Notes under the pieces: model-generated | Told to the model about the DNA's origin: nothing | What the model saw: only the letters and a program-made list of their open reading frames with translations | The model's database searches: none | Part shown: in pieces, positions 12,001 through 24,621 of the stretch | How the letters are laid out: the number at the start of each line of letters is the position of its first letter | Position numbering within the stretch: position 1 is the first letter of the stretch | Source: Iphione sp. A-MEVVRFRX5 | Lineage: Eukaryota | Reading direction: 5' to 3' | DNA length: 64,000 nucleotides | NCBI GenBank assembly: GCA_976226885.1 | Contig: OZ320315.1 | Location: 46,066,001 to 46,130,000 of the forward strand | Made by a program: the position numbers and the translations under genes

Positions 12001-14614
12001 CAGACTCCGTTCCGGATTGTTTCGGAAGAGAAGCACATTGTGAAAGTCTTTAGATCGATAACTGCGCTGCAGGAAACGTATAACGTGTACTGTGGTGTGT
12101 TCTCAAACTACACACGATAAACCACCCCAGATGTGGAGGACTGGATTTACAGCGGGATCGCGAAAAGATACCGTCAAACTCCAGAGACCGTTACCCTTAG
12201 AAATTGTAGGTGATAGGATGGCAATAGGCAGTAGATTTTACGTCCATCTTTATGTCTCAAAAATGGAAACATTTGCCTGAAAAAGATCCTCCGGGTGATT
12301 CCTTACATTTGTTTGGTGAATTTAAAGTATGTGGACGGAAAGTACAATGTGTGTCCCAATCTGATTATATATTCATAAGAGTAACCTATCGTGGGCAGCT
12401 TATGGGTTTATAATAGAAATCCTGAACGTTAGTTGGACTTTCGCGCTTTTATTTTGCCTTTATGTGATAAGTGTGTAGGTGAGGTGGCTAAAGAAGGAAA
12501 AAGATATTGTGCAGTACACGTATACGTCCTCATATTTGTTAGATTCCAGTACCACGATATTCAGGCCTACTGACATGGCCAGTGAGACAGCCGATAGAAA
12601 ATACCATCAAATATTTGCTGACGAAGACGTGATCACTGAGAACAGAACTCATGAGCCAGTGTATGTAAAGTTGAACCTTTTCATCCGTGAAAATCCCAAG
12701 AGAACGAAAAATAAGTGATAATCGCTTCTCACTGCAGTTTTAAAGCGTCTCATCAGAGGACACCTCATGATGGTGTCAGGAAATTCCCCTCAAACACTGT
12801 CTACTTGTGGGTATAAAATGTAACTCGATCCAGCACTGCTATTTGTCATTTATATCCACGAGGGTCTGCATTTTTTGTGGGGAAATCAAAACCAAAGAAA
12901 AAGATCAGTCTCAAGCTTTATGGAACATCATCTACCTGTATATAATATTTCACCGGAATGATACATCCATACATATCTGAATAAAACTGGATATATTTCA
13001 ATCTTTTGAAAATTTTTTCTTACATACATATACAATGTATATGATTTATAAATTAACTTTGATAGGACGTGTAGGTCTTTTCAGAAATATGCAATTAAGG
13101 ATATTCGGCACAATTTTACAAGTTACAGGCTTAATGTTGATATCTATTTGGTTTAATCAAGAAAATAAATAAATTTTACCAGAAATTTGTGATAGAAAAT
13201 ATTCACAGCAAACCCATTTTTTCCATTTTGTGTAGCACGAGTCATCTATATTCTATAATTTTGGAAGGTTGTGATTTAAAAAGTATTTCACAGTATTTTA
13301 GGTAATCTTTTTAGTTTTCTCTAGCTTCATCATCCATGCAGTAAAGAAATAGCCTTACTTTTCATTACGCTGTACTAACTGAAGTTAAAAAACTGAGAAG
13401 GCCTGGACATTTGTACATGTATGTTACTATTTTGCAATTGATAATTCCAGAACGAACCTTGCTCTTCCTTTATGACTAGTCCCGTAGATGTCAGCACCGT
13501 CATCTTGCACACTTCATAACATCGACACTTGCCACAAGATGGGAGTAGTATAAATATCCCATCAAGAGTTGATTCTGCTGATTGATTTCAGTATGATGTA
13601 TGCTGTACTGTACACAGGTAATCACAGTTAGTCCATACACTTGAAATGTTAGGCCTTCCTTCCTTTCAATACTGTCACCTATGTCAACGTCTCGCATCTC
13701 ATGGATGGATGCCATCAATACTTATATGGCATGCGATCCAGCAATAGATCATTTGACTCATCGCTGAGTGGAAATGCATATGTGCATACATATACATGTA
13801 TTTTAGGGGCACCAGCATTAAAGAAGACACAAATCAACATAAGTGGCAATAGTAAAGTGCAGAATGTCTTGGACATGTATATTTCAGCATCACATTTGAT
13901 AGTATAGTGCATACATCTTAAGTTTTTGTAAATAGGTCAATTGACGTATTGCTTAGTGAGAGATGTACATTTACATTAGCATAATGATCAGTAGTGAATA
14001 TGTCACTATAATCACAATGGTAAAGATCAGAGCATCCAAGCAGTGCTTATGATGCAAGTGTCGTGAATGTACAATGGAATCACGGAAATCGGGATGGATG
14101 CCAGATAGTGCTTTTCTAATTTAATCCACCATGGGGAATCCGGAGACTCACACATCTGGACTCTTATGAATATCCATTTTTTAGTCCTGAAATACAATTA
14201 TTTTGAGTAATAATGTGGACAGCAGGTTGATTTCACACCAGTCCTAGCTCACTGTGACGCCTTACTTTATACTGAGGAAAAGGCGAGGAAAGAATATAGT
14301 TCATGAAGGGTGCAGCCCATGAAAAGTCATATTAATCGACTCCTGAAAACTGTACAGCATGGCAAATAGCTCATCAAAATCGCACAGCATACTGATTAAC
14401 TGCACAACATACTAAGTAACTCGTGAAAATCGCACATTAAATAACTCATGGAAAGCCCTACAACATATATAATGTTTTGCAGTCCAGCAGTTTCGTAGTC
14501 TATTAACATACAGTGCAACGCCACCAAAGGTACACATTTGCAATAAGGACAATAAGGATAGTTTGATAAAAAACATTATTTACTCAATAATCAAGTTAAA
14601 CAGAGAGGGGACAG

Positions 14615-14749
14615 GGATAATGCACGAATGGCAGCATAAGAACATTCTCAGGTAGAGCAAGGATAATGCACGGAAGGCAGCATAAGGACATTCTCAGGTA
14701 GAGCAAGGCTAATGCACGGAAGGCAGCATAAGAACATTCTCAAGTAGAG
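14615..14749. repeat. 46-bp tandem repeat, about 3 copies
   Basis: GGATAATGCACGGAAGGCAGCATAAGAACATTCTCAGGTAGAGCAA units start at 14615, 14661 and 14707. Confidence 0.9.
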
Positions 14750-16639
14750 CCTCTTTGAATATGCCAGACCATGGGAGAGAGAACAAAGGTGTGATGAAAA
14801 AACAGGAGAACTGTGTTACAGGAAGGAGGCAGGGCAAGACACCTAGAGAAACAACCATACGATGTTCGGTTTTCTCTCTAAAAAGCATTAAGATGAATAC
14901 TTATGTGAAATGGTGTACATATTTCCTGTTAAGTTCAGAGAGGTTTGCTAGGAGGTTGTAGCTATTCTGGGCATTGACTGAAGTAACTTTTATTGAAAAT
15001 GGCCTTAGATCACAGCATCTCAGATCGGGACGCGTCTCTAATGGGGACGGTTATGCACATAACCAAGGGTGTTTGATTAGAGGCGCCCCACTGTGTATTT
15101 TCGTATATTAGTACACGTATATTGTGAACCCCCTCTAGCGGATCAGCTAACCAGTGGAGCTCAGATAAATGAGTTTACAGCATTTAAGTGCAGTTATAAG
15201 CAGCTTTCAAAATGGGTAGTTGAGCAGTTGTATACTGTGTAATGTTAAACAACGGTATTGAGCTTCCACGAACCCCATTCCACCCTAGTCAAGTGGTACG
15301 TGTGTCTACATGGTGAGCATCTCCTTCTCCACCTCACCCCCCATTTAGTCAAAGAACACCTTTATACTTTAATAGTGTAGGTTCTTTGAGACAGACTACC
15401 CATGATGCTTGCTCGCCAGTCTAGAGTCTGGTTAACTCATAAGAGGCTTCCTTGTTAATCACTTTGTCCCATTCTTAATCAGTCAGTGTGCGTGTGTGTT
15501 TGGGGGTTGGAGGGGGCAATCTTTGAAGAGGAGACAATCAGTGGCAAGGTTGGATTCCCATGCTTGGCCCACTATCATACGTATGAGCTCCACATTGCAG
15601 CTAACAGCTGCATCTTCCACTAGTTTGTACACAATCTGAATGGGTTCAGGTTCGACACTTCCATTTCCTCATTAGTGAGATTCACATTGTTGTCATTACA
15701 ATTGGCTGCCTGCTTTTTGTATTGTGGTTTATTAGATGGGATTTCCAGATGGTGACGTCTTTTATAAGATTTTCGTTAACCTGGGCTGTGCTGGGAAATG
15801 GGCGTTGACGGGCGTGCTTCAATCTCCAATGTCGGCACATTTTGACAGGTCTGGGCTGGAACAGGTACTACAAAGGGGAACTCATTTCCCCCCAACCTTA
15901 ACTGATCAATGGTAGCCATCAGCTAGCGTTAAGTCATTCTGCATTTTCTACTCAGAGGGCGATTGATGGAGTAAGAGGCAGGTAAGTCCCCACCAAGAGT
16001 TACGTATTAGAAGATTGGCAAAAATGTGTTACTATCCATCATACCTTCCATAGTTTTCTTCTGTTAAAGAACTTTTACTTCATGGCTATTTGTCTCCTTA
16101 TATTTACTAGATAATGTGTAATTCATACACAATCAGACTGTACATGCCTTTCTCTAGTGCCCTTGCCATTTTTCGGTTGTTCCCATGAAGTAAAATATTT
16201 TACCACCTTACTGCTATGCCCGGTACTCTTCTGATACCGTAATACCTGAGCACTTTGGTCCGTGACCTGAATGAGTAAATGTTTAAAGGTGCATACCACA
16301 ACTGACTGAACCATACCCTGATACACGTAAATTCATGGAAATTTCCTTTCTCATCAAGATTCCTTTGATTAGCTATCTGATGTTCAGTGGAGTTCAGATC
16401 CACTATATTTCTGAGTAGACAGTTGAATGCTGGTTAACGACCATACTGTTTGGCTAGCAAAACCATCAATATGACCATATGAGGTGCGAATGGAAATATT
16501 AGCCTCTGACAGCCTATGTATCAAAATATCACCATCCTGGCAGACCCACATACAGCCAAACCAGCCTGTGACCACACAACTTAGGATCTTCTCCATAGCA
16601 TTTAAGTATCACATACATTGTAGCGGGCAGATGTTCGAA

Positions 16640-16730
16640 ATTCATACAAATTTGGCTGAAAAAAGGTAAAATTTATGCAAATTCATCTGAAAAAAGCGTA
16701 ATTCATGTAAATTCAGCCAAAAAATGGCTA
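16640..16730. repeat. Degenerate ~30-bp minisatellite (GAAATTCATGCAAA...CTGAAAA family)
   Basis: About 3 degenerate units. The same unit recurs at about 22725-22915. Confidence 0.55.
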
Positions 16731-17309
16731 GAGACTGTTATGCAGCCGAAACTTCTAATGCGATCACTTGAGCTTGAAATGGAGGGGTGGTTGCAAACTG
16801 GCATTCAGCTGTACATGGAGAGCAGATAGTCTGACCTCCTAAAAGGGATTGCTGGATGTCCTAAACAGGTCATGTTTGAGCCAGCTTCAAAAGCTGTTAT
16901 GTCAGATTTTGTGAGGACAGCCTGGGTGTCACGAAGAAGGAGTGCAACACCTGCTACACGGGAATTGGCTCATCCGTAGAGCATAATGAGGCCTGTGCTG
17001 GGCAGCAATGAGCGAGGGGGCCCATCCCGAGACTGTGGCGAGGCAGCCAGCCGACCTCCCTGCTCGATACCTCCATGCTATATAGGAGGGGTCCATTTTG
17101 AGAAGGAGGTTAGAATACCCAGCCACCACTCTGCTAGATGACTCCTCACTACAAGGGAGGGGAGGGGCCCATCCTGAGAGTGCACTGGGACTTTCTGTGC
17201 AGCTCCTTGCTTGATGCTTGCCTGCTACGAGGGAGGGGACCAGTGCTGCGAGTGTACTGGAGCTGCCTGTCCACTGCCGTGCTTGTTGCCCGATGTTTCT
17301 AGTGAAAGA

Positions 17310-17469
17310 CTGAGTGTGGATATGAATGTGAGTCTGAGTGTGAGTATGAGTCTGAATGTGGATGGAAGTGTGAGCCTGAATCTGATGTGAATATGAAGGT
17401 GAGGGTAAGTGCAAATCTGACTGTGAATGTGAGTGTGATGAGAATTTGAATCTGAGTTTGAGTGTGAGT
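17310..17469. repeat. Degenerate hexamer array (NTGART)n
   Basis: gtgagt ctgagt gtgagt atgagt ctgaat... A shorter copy lies at about 19350-19410. Confidence 0.75.
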
Positions 17470-18390
17470 GGCTATCCAGAGTCTGCAAAATGTGTAAATT
17501 TACAGACAAAGCTCATTTTTGGTCTCCGGAGATTTTCCCCAGAGCATGGACTGCATGCTGTGGCATAAATGTCTGGACACAAGGAAACACCATAGTACGT
17601 TCTCATTGTTTCATTGTTTTCTGCACCACACAGTCCATGCTGTGGGAAAAATCTCTGGACACAAGGAAACCGGGCCTAAGAATGTGATTGCTGATTGTTT
17701 AAACTGCGACGAAGTAACCAGGTTTAGAATGCACTTCTGCTGGTCAGAAGTTGTCATCTGATCTATTACCACTTTGTGATTCACTCACATGAGAAGCCAA
17801 GAACTATCTACGTACTTGTGCTTGAAGTAACAAACCCTCTGTTTAGCCACCGGTATGGATAGCTGTCGATGGATAGAATTTATATGAGAATGAAAAATCA
17901 CAACATTCATGATTATACTAATGCTGCCGCTCAAAACATAATGATCACTTTCACTCATATAAAGGCAACATGTACTATGACACCACCACATTGTTTGGAA
18001 CGTGGACACCCTTCAAAGGTACACAGTTAAGCAAAAAGCCATAGCACTGTTCTGTGATAAATGGGATCACAGCTGGTTAATACTACTTTACAAGAATGTT
18101 GTCATTTCGAATTGGCATCAACCTATACACATTCCTAGGATGTTCTCCATTGGTTATCATGTCCCTGTCAACAGTAAAGTTGGCAATTATCTCATACATC
18201 ACACTTAGTCATTGAGGTCTTGCATACGGAGTAACTACTGAAGGAGTGTAAGACCTCTATCTGGCACTGACCTTGGTGGAGCCTGAAAAGTGTTTGATCT
18301 GATAGAATATGTTGGTTGGGGTTTACATTATATCTCAATGTGTAAAGTCGTGCCCCTGCAGTGGGTTAAATTTGATATAAGTGTAAGTTT

Positions 18391-18655
18391 GGATAAATGT
18401 GTAAACTTATGTTAAAGGTTCACAGGTTTTGAGTGTACATGTCTGATGTTCACAGGTTTTTAGTGTATATATGTACATGTCTGATGGATAAATGTGTAAT
18501 GTTAAAGGTTCACAGGTTTTTAGTGTACATGTCTGATGGATAAATGTGTAAACTTATGTTAAAGGTTCACAGGTTTTGAGTGTACATGTCTGATGTTCAC
18601 AGGTTTTGAGTTTACATATCTGATGTTCACAGGTTTTGAGTGTACATGTCTGATG
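18391..18655. repeat. Compound minisatellite built from a 30-bp and a ~27-bp unit
   Basis: Repeated GTTCACAGGTTTTGAGTGTACATGTCTGAT interspersed with GGATAAATGTGTAAACTTATGTTAAAG. Confidence 0.9.
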
Positions 18656-19841
18656 TGCTTTAAAATCCCATTCTCTTCACTGGCATTCTCTTACATATCC
18701 ACTAAATACCTTTAGAAATCTGATATACCTAAACATGAAGTGCTGAGAGCGCACTATGGCCACCCGTCCACCTCTTGTGTGAAAGGCACTATGAGGTAGG
18801 GGGCCTGCTCCGGGAGCATGTTATGGCCACCTCAACACCAACTCAACTCTCGGACGAACACCATACCACTAAGAGGGAGGAGGCCTGTGCCGAGAATCTG
18901 CCATTGCTGCCCATTCACCTCCTGCCTGGATGCTGAATGGGATGCAGGCTGAAAGCATGCTAAAGGTGAGCACCAACCTTCCTACAGGATGCTGCACTGG
19001 TATGAGGGAGGGGGGGGCCCTGTTCCGCAAGTTCACTGAGGCCATCCAACCAACTTCCCTGCTGGATGCTAGACTTTTGCCCTGCTGAGAGTGCGCTGAG
19101 GCAGTACACCAACCCCCATGCTGGATGCTGGCCTTTGCTACTAGCATTGGTGGTTTACTACTACTACACCCTTGCCATATGTGTGTTGACGCTGGCCACC
19201 CACCTCCGTGATGGATGATGGACACTAGAAAGGGGGGGGGGACCCTTCTTGAAAACGTACCCTGGCTGCCTGCCTACTTACCTGCTGGACACCAGACTAG
19301 TTTAAGGGAGGGGAGTGCTAAGAGTTTGTTATGCCATTACCCACCAAGTGTGAATCTGAATCAGAGTGTGAGAGGTCGTGTGAGTCTGAGTCTGCAGTAT
19401 GTGCACGTGAGTGTGTGTGCATGTCTGTTTGTCTGTGTGTGTTTCTTTATTTTCTACTTGCCTCAAACTTATGACTAGTAATGTTAATTGTAAGGAATGA
19501 GAAAAAAATAAGACAAAAATTTAAAGGCGATCAAAGTGGATGCAGGAGGGAAAGAATTGTTGGTAGAGGCGCAGGATACATATTTATGTCCTTGATACCA
19601 AATGAGTGATTTGTGAGAGTTGTAGGCGAATAAGAAGGTCGGGCCGGAAGCGTATGGCCGGAAATAAATGCAGGAGGCGGACTCCGATGGCAAATATCGA
19701 TGCATTCACTGGGAAAGATGATACATCACATAAAGCTTCCTGCGTGATTCAGGAATATGCGTTATTATCTGATCTCTCATGCATCGAGCCTATATAGCTT
19801 GGGTTCGCAGCATTCCTCCAAACCCTTCACCATGCAGTAGG

Positions 19842-19918
19842 CTAGTTCCGTTAGGACCCACACATGTATATGTATGTACATATCTAGTTCCGTTAGGACC
19901 CGCACATGTATATGTATA
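19842..19918. repeat. 42-bp tandem duplication
   Basis: CTAGTTCCGTTAGGACCC(A/G)CACATGTATATGTAT at 19842 and 19884. Confidence 0.9.
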
Positions 19919-20757
19919 TAAATATCCTCGATAAATGGTCCCTAGAAAAATTTGCAGAAGGTACAATCAACTGAGCAGCTTTAAATGTACGGTGTATTTT
20001 CTGACATCTGTTAAAGCCCGCCCGTCATCTAATGGTATACTAGTCGAAATATTTGAATAAAAAACTCTACAGCCTGCTCAAAGACGATGCTAGCACTGGC
20101 TCCTTTGATCTTGGTCATATACATGTATTCTTATAATCGAGATTTTATAAGTAAACGTGGCTAGATGTACCAAGCTTCCTCACAAGTAATGGATGGGAGC
20201 GATTCCCTGAAAACTAGCACTTCCAGTCACACATAAAGAGTGCATTAAATCCTTGAAATAAACTTGTTCCACGAAATACCTAATCGGCATGACACTACGT
20301 CGAAGCCGATTTGGTTTTAAAATGACCCTCCCCTCCATTGAGAAGCTTAGTTTGGGGTCTGTGAAGCCAAGAGCTTGTAGAATTTCTTTTAACTGCCTCG
20401 GTCTAAAACAATTTATTAAATGGAGGGCTCTTTGCATATAGGATAGCCAGATTTAGAATTTCTGTCGAATGTGGTTTCAGGACTAGATCTCTGGCTTTGC
20501 TGTGGTCATGACCATTTTTCAATCAGTTTTCTTCATATTTTCCTAGGGTGCTTTAGCCATGTACGCAGGTTATACATGTATATCCACCACTGGGGGTTGG
20601 GTCTGGGCTGTCCACACCTTCCCGCCACCAGGAGCAGGGCTTATCCCTTTGTATGCAACTTAGACACACTGTTTTTATTGGTTTTAAACATGACAAAAGT
20701 ACACCAAACATATGTTAATTATTTAAAATTAATCTCAGATAATAAAATAATACTTTT

Positions 20758-20880
20758 TTGTTGAAAGTGAGGCATATCGGTGGAAATTTTGCAACTTTTT
20801 GTTGAAAGTGAGGCATATTGGTGGAGATTTTGCAGCTTATTGTTGAAAGTGAGGCAAATTGGTGGAAATTTTGTAACTTT
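20758..20880. repeat. 41-bp tandem repeat, 3 copies
   Basis: TTGTTGAAAGTGAGGCATATTGGTGGAAATTTTGCAACTTT-like units at 20758, 20799 and 20840. Confidence 0.9.
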
Positions 20881-22254
20881 TATGCAAGTGGTATGCAAAT
20901 TAGTAACACGTTTGAAAGAACTTTACATGTTTTAAATGCCTATTTCCAGCGTGCACAGGGTGGTGTGGTCTGGGAAGACTAGACCATCCCCAATCAACAC
21001 ACACATCAGGTGGCAGGTCTGGGATGTATGCGCATGTGAGAATAGCGCCTAATGGTTTCTGCGAACTCTTGCTATAATAATACTTTGTATTTCCGAAGGT
21101 TTCTCAGACAGCTGAGAAAATCTGTTTGCAGGAACCATCAATTGTCGTTTAAAACTTGTTATGTTTTCACCATTTTGATGCAATGATGGAATCTTTCCCC
21201 ACTGTCAGTATACATTTTCGAGCAGTAAGTGAATGTTGATGTGAAAAAAATATATACATGTAGTAGAACCTCGCCTTATGAAGAGACACGTACTGTGAAC
21301 AGACCACAGATGTCCACAACAAAGTTGTATTATTACTGTTAAGCATAGGGGATTTGTTAAGAGATCATCATATATGGTGGACAAAACCAAAGAATTGACG
21401 GGCCAAATATATCATACTTTGGAGACTACCTACAAGGCAACGAGCCATCTAGCCCCTATTAAAAGAAATGTTGCCACCGAATAAGGTGGGATGAATTCAT
21501 TTCCAGGCAACATGCATGTGTAACTAATCAATATCGGAATTTTAAATTGAAAATGCAAATAGTGCTTGATTTTCAATGAAATGCTCGATATTTCAACTTC
21601 GAATATGGTTTGCCATGCAGTCCCTATCTTTTAGCATTACAAAAGGAGTGCATTGGTCAAAGGACTATGCACTGTCAAATTTGTACTTTCTAAACATACA
21701 CAATCAAAATAGCACATGCTTCAAAGTGAAAGTAGAATAGAGAAGCATTTATTTAGGATGTTCTATTAATTTTGCATTAAAACATCATATTTCGAATTAA
21801 GCTCTAATAATTTTATGCACCCAAGCAGCCTTAACCTTTAAATTAGTAAGTTCAACTTGGAAATTATGCGATTTCTTTATCAACACACAAAGCAGAAGGA
21901 AATCATATACAGTAATAGAGTAAAACCTCACTTTTCTGTCACCTTGCTATTGCAGTACCTTCACCATTCCACAAATAGTTCTTTGGAACAGAATAGATTC
22001 CTTTATATTTCTATATACCATTTCCTCAGTACTCCAGGCATAAAATTTGAGTGAAATAGTGCTCCATCCCCTCGCAACATGTTCTCTCCGATCTGTTTGC
22101 ACCTCGCCAGTAGTACCCTCCACTTCCTACGATGTGTTTGTACCTCTCAAGCAACCTTTCTTTGATGTTTTCAGGCCTGTCCAGTCTTAGTCTAACACCT
22201 TGGGTGACCACCATGAACTCTGTCAGAAACTTGAAACACAAGCAAACTACACTC

Positions 22255-22314
22255 CTTCTTTCTTTCTTTCTTTCTTTCTTTCTTTCCTTCTTTCTTTCTT
22301 TCTTTCTTTCTTTC
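22255..22314. repeat. (CTTT)n microsatellite
   Basis: About 15 tetranucleotide units, directly visible. Confidence 0.97.
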
Positions 22315-22724
22315 AGTCTAGCAGATTCTATAAACATGTATGTCTTTTAAATAAATATGTAACCTGTAAATTGTTACATGATTGTGTCTTCTTTAGAATA
22401 AAAAATGTTTTCCTTAAGAAATGACACTAAAATACAGCTCCCCCGCTATTCCACCATCCTCCCTACTGCAGGTGTAATCAATTGGAACAAAGCAGTATTG
22501 CAAAAGTGAGGTAGGAAATCTTTTAGTGACCTTGACATTGATCTCTGGTTGAAGGGCCATGCATGCTCAACCATACCAAAATTGGTAACCCTTTTAGGCT
22601 GGATTTCCATGAGGCGTGTTTCTATGCACGTGGAGGTTAACCTGAAAGCCACTCTGTCCATACCAACCGTGAACACGGCGGAAGCATATCCATGTAACCA
22701 TGTTTTTTCACCGGAAAACACCAG

Positions 22725-22915
22725 AAAAAAGGCAAATTGATGTAAATTCAGCTGAAACACGGTTAAATTAAAGTCAAACTGTGCAAAATTACGAGATCCA
22801 TGCAAAATGAGCTGAAACATGGCGAAATTCATGCAAAATTCGCTGAAAATGGTGAAATTCATGTAATTTGTGCCAAATATGGCAAAAGTTACATAAATTC
22901 TTCCAAAAACAGTTA
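22725..22915. repeat. Degenerate ~30-bp minisatellite, same family as 16640-16730
   Basis: Units such as GAAATTCATGCAAAATTCGCTGAAAATGGT and GAAATTCATGTAATTTGTGCCAAATATGGC. Confidence 0.6.
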
Positions 22916-23552
22916 CATTCATTATTACATGTGTGGAAATATGTTCGTTTTTACATAAAACAGCTTACGTGATTCTTTCATATCACTTTTTGTGTACTTC
23001 TATGGAAAACGTGCTGTAACACTGTGAAGAATGGAACATGCCCCATTCTGAAAACATGGCATACACCCCACATACACATGGATTAGGTGTGTATATTTAT
23101 GTGTTCCAAAAAACACATTGAAAACATGATTGCACGCCTGTGAAAACATGGATGCATGGAAACCTAGCCCTAAGACCTCTTTCTCATTAGATGATAGATT
23201 CAGAATACATGTACATATTTAAGCTAGACCATAGTTAAAACTTGTAAAAAGTGCCTTTGCATATCACACTATAATGAGCCAACTGGCAGGTACACTTTAA
23301 AAGAAAAGGAAACATGACCACGAAATCAAGTATAAGACGTGCCTATGCATGACTCTTTATGCTTGGCTCTTTATACCAGTTTTCTTTTGATTCCATGTCT
23401 ATTAACCCTTTTCAGTACATTTTCAAAGTGTATTTGCGGCCAGATCCTCTGGGGGCTGTCACCTTCCAGTATTTACTATATTCAGTATATTGTCATTAGC
23501 AAACTATGTTCAGTGACAACACACAGTGGTTTTGTAAAATGTTTGGGCTATC

Positions 23553-23558
23553 TTTATT
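23553..23558 (-). terminator. Putative polyadenylation signal AATAAA downstream of YR
   Basis: AATAAA about 90 nt after the YR stop on the minus strand. Position only. Confidence 0.35.
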
Positions 23559-23649
23559 AATCACAGTCATCAATAAAATTTTCGTTTGTATACATATAAT
23601 GGTAAAATTAATAATTTAATTGTGAGTACATCGAGATATGCACCAAACT

Positions 23650-24609
23650 TTATTGATTAAGAGTGTCGACTAGAATTTTTGAAACCTGTGTAGCCTCTGC
23701 AGTTTTAACATAAGCTTGGAAAGCATTTGAGGCCCACGTACCGAAATGCTTTATTTGTAAGATGTCACAACCTTCCTGGTATGCAATCGTAGCTGCAGAC
23801 CTTCGGAGACTATGGAGAGATATTTTCTCCGGGTCTATCTGAGCTGCTAAGCACACTTCTCGAAATTTCTTGGTGAGATATACCGTTGTAACTGGGGTGA
23901 CCAAATCCCCCCAAGTTAACAATGGTTGTGCTGGACGGACAGTAGGAATGGACTGCAGCAACGATTGATACGCATGCACAGGGCATAAAATAGGATCATG
24001 GGATCCTGACAATACAATTTGTCTGTTCTGTGAATACAATTGTTGGGTTTTCGACCATTTTTGCTGCATTATTAATTTTCCATGTTTGACAGAAAAGTCG
24101 TCCCTCATTGGATGACGAGTAGGATCGAATGACGAAGTGGTACGAGGTGCCACTTCAGATTGTCGTAAACCAGCATAGAATATGAGCATAAGACCGAATC
24201 TGAGGATGAGAGCACATGGCTGAGAGAGAGTGGCATATAAAACACGCTTGATTTCGCCTGGATCAAGTGGTTGTTTCCTTGATATAACATGTTGTTTGGA
24301 GCGCTGAACCGCGTCCAATGCCAACTTCGCTTGCCTAGACATAAATCCCACATCGTCTCGACCATGTTCCCTCAAGAACTCACAAACAGCCGAAATAGCA
24401 TTCATGATAGAAGAAGGGCTGTTCATGAATTTCGTGAGGTATTGAATGTACATACACGCTTGGAGAGGGGTAGGCTGGAGTGGAGCCGCATTAAAGCGGA
24501 AACAGAAGGACAAATAGGTACGTGTCGCTGACCTGCGATTGGCCATGGTACCAGGCGCTCGTGCCCTAGCAACTAGCTCTTTTGCCTCCGCTGCCAGCCT
24601 CCGCTCCAC
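23650..24609 (-). CDS. Tyrosine recombinase of the DIRS-like element (319 aa from GTG; first ATG at 24546)
   Basis: Catalytic set intact: R in GLRQSE, K in KWSKT, HxxR in LHSLRRSAAT, W in GTWAS and Y in FQAYVK. The N-terminal APGT..N.....Y..FC region is typical of DIRS YRs. Confidence 0.92.
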   Translation of the reverse strand: MERRLAAEAKELVARARAPGTMANRRSATRTYLSFCFRFNAAPLQPTPLQACMYIQYLTKFMNSPSSIMNAISAVCEFLREHGRDDVGFMSRQAKLALDAVQRSKQHVISRKQPLDPGEIKRVLYATLSQPCALILRFGLMLIFYAGLRQSEVAPRTTSSFDPTRHPMRDDFSVKHGKLIMQQKWSKTQQLYSQNRQIVLSGSHDPILCPVHAYQSLLQSIPTVRPAQPLLTWGDLVTPVTTVYLTKKFREVCLAAQIDPEKISLHSLRRSAATIAYQEGCDILQIKHFGTWASNAFQAYVKTAEATQVSKILVDTLNQ

Positions 24610-24621
24610 TGGGTCTGTAAT

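Noticed and set aside
12720-12765. Minus-strand CTGATGAG as a possible hammerhead core; also searched for one next to the Penelope element (27900-28650)
   Set aside because: No stem II-GAAA arrangement at either place; no Penelope pLTR ribozyme was recognised by eye.
15540-15900. Broken minus-strand reading frame (…EPEPIQIVYKLVEDAAVSCNVEL) that might be a decayed transposase
   Set aside because: No catalytic or family-defining motif could be assigned.
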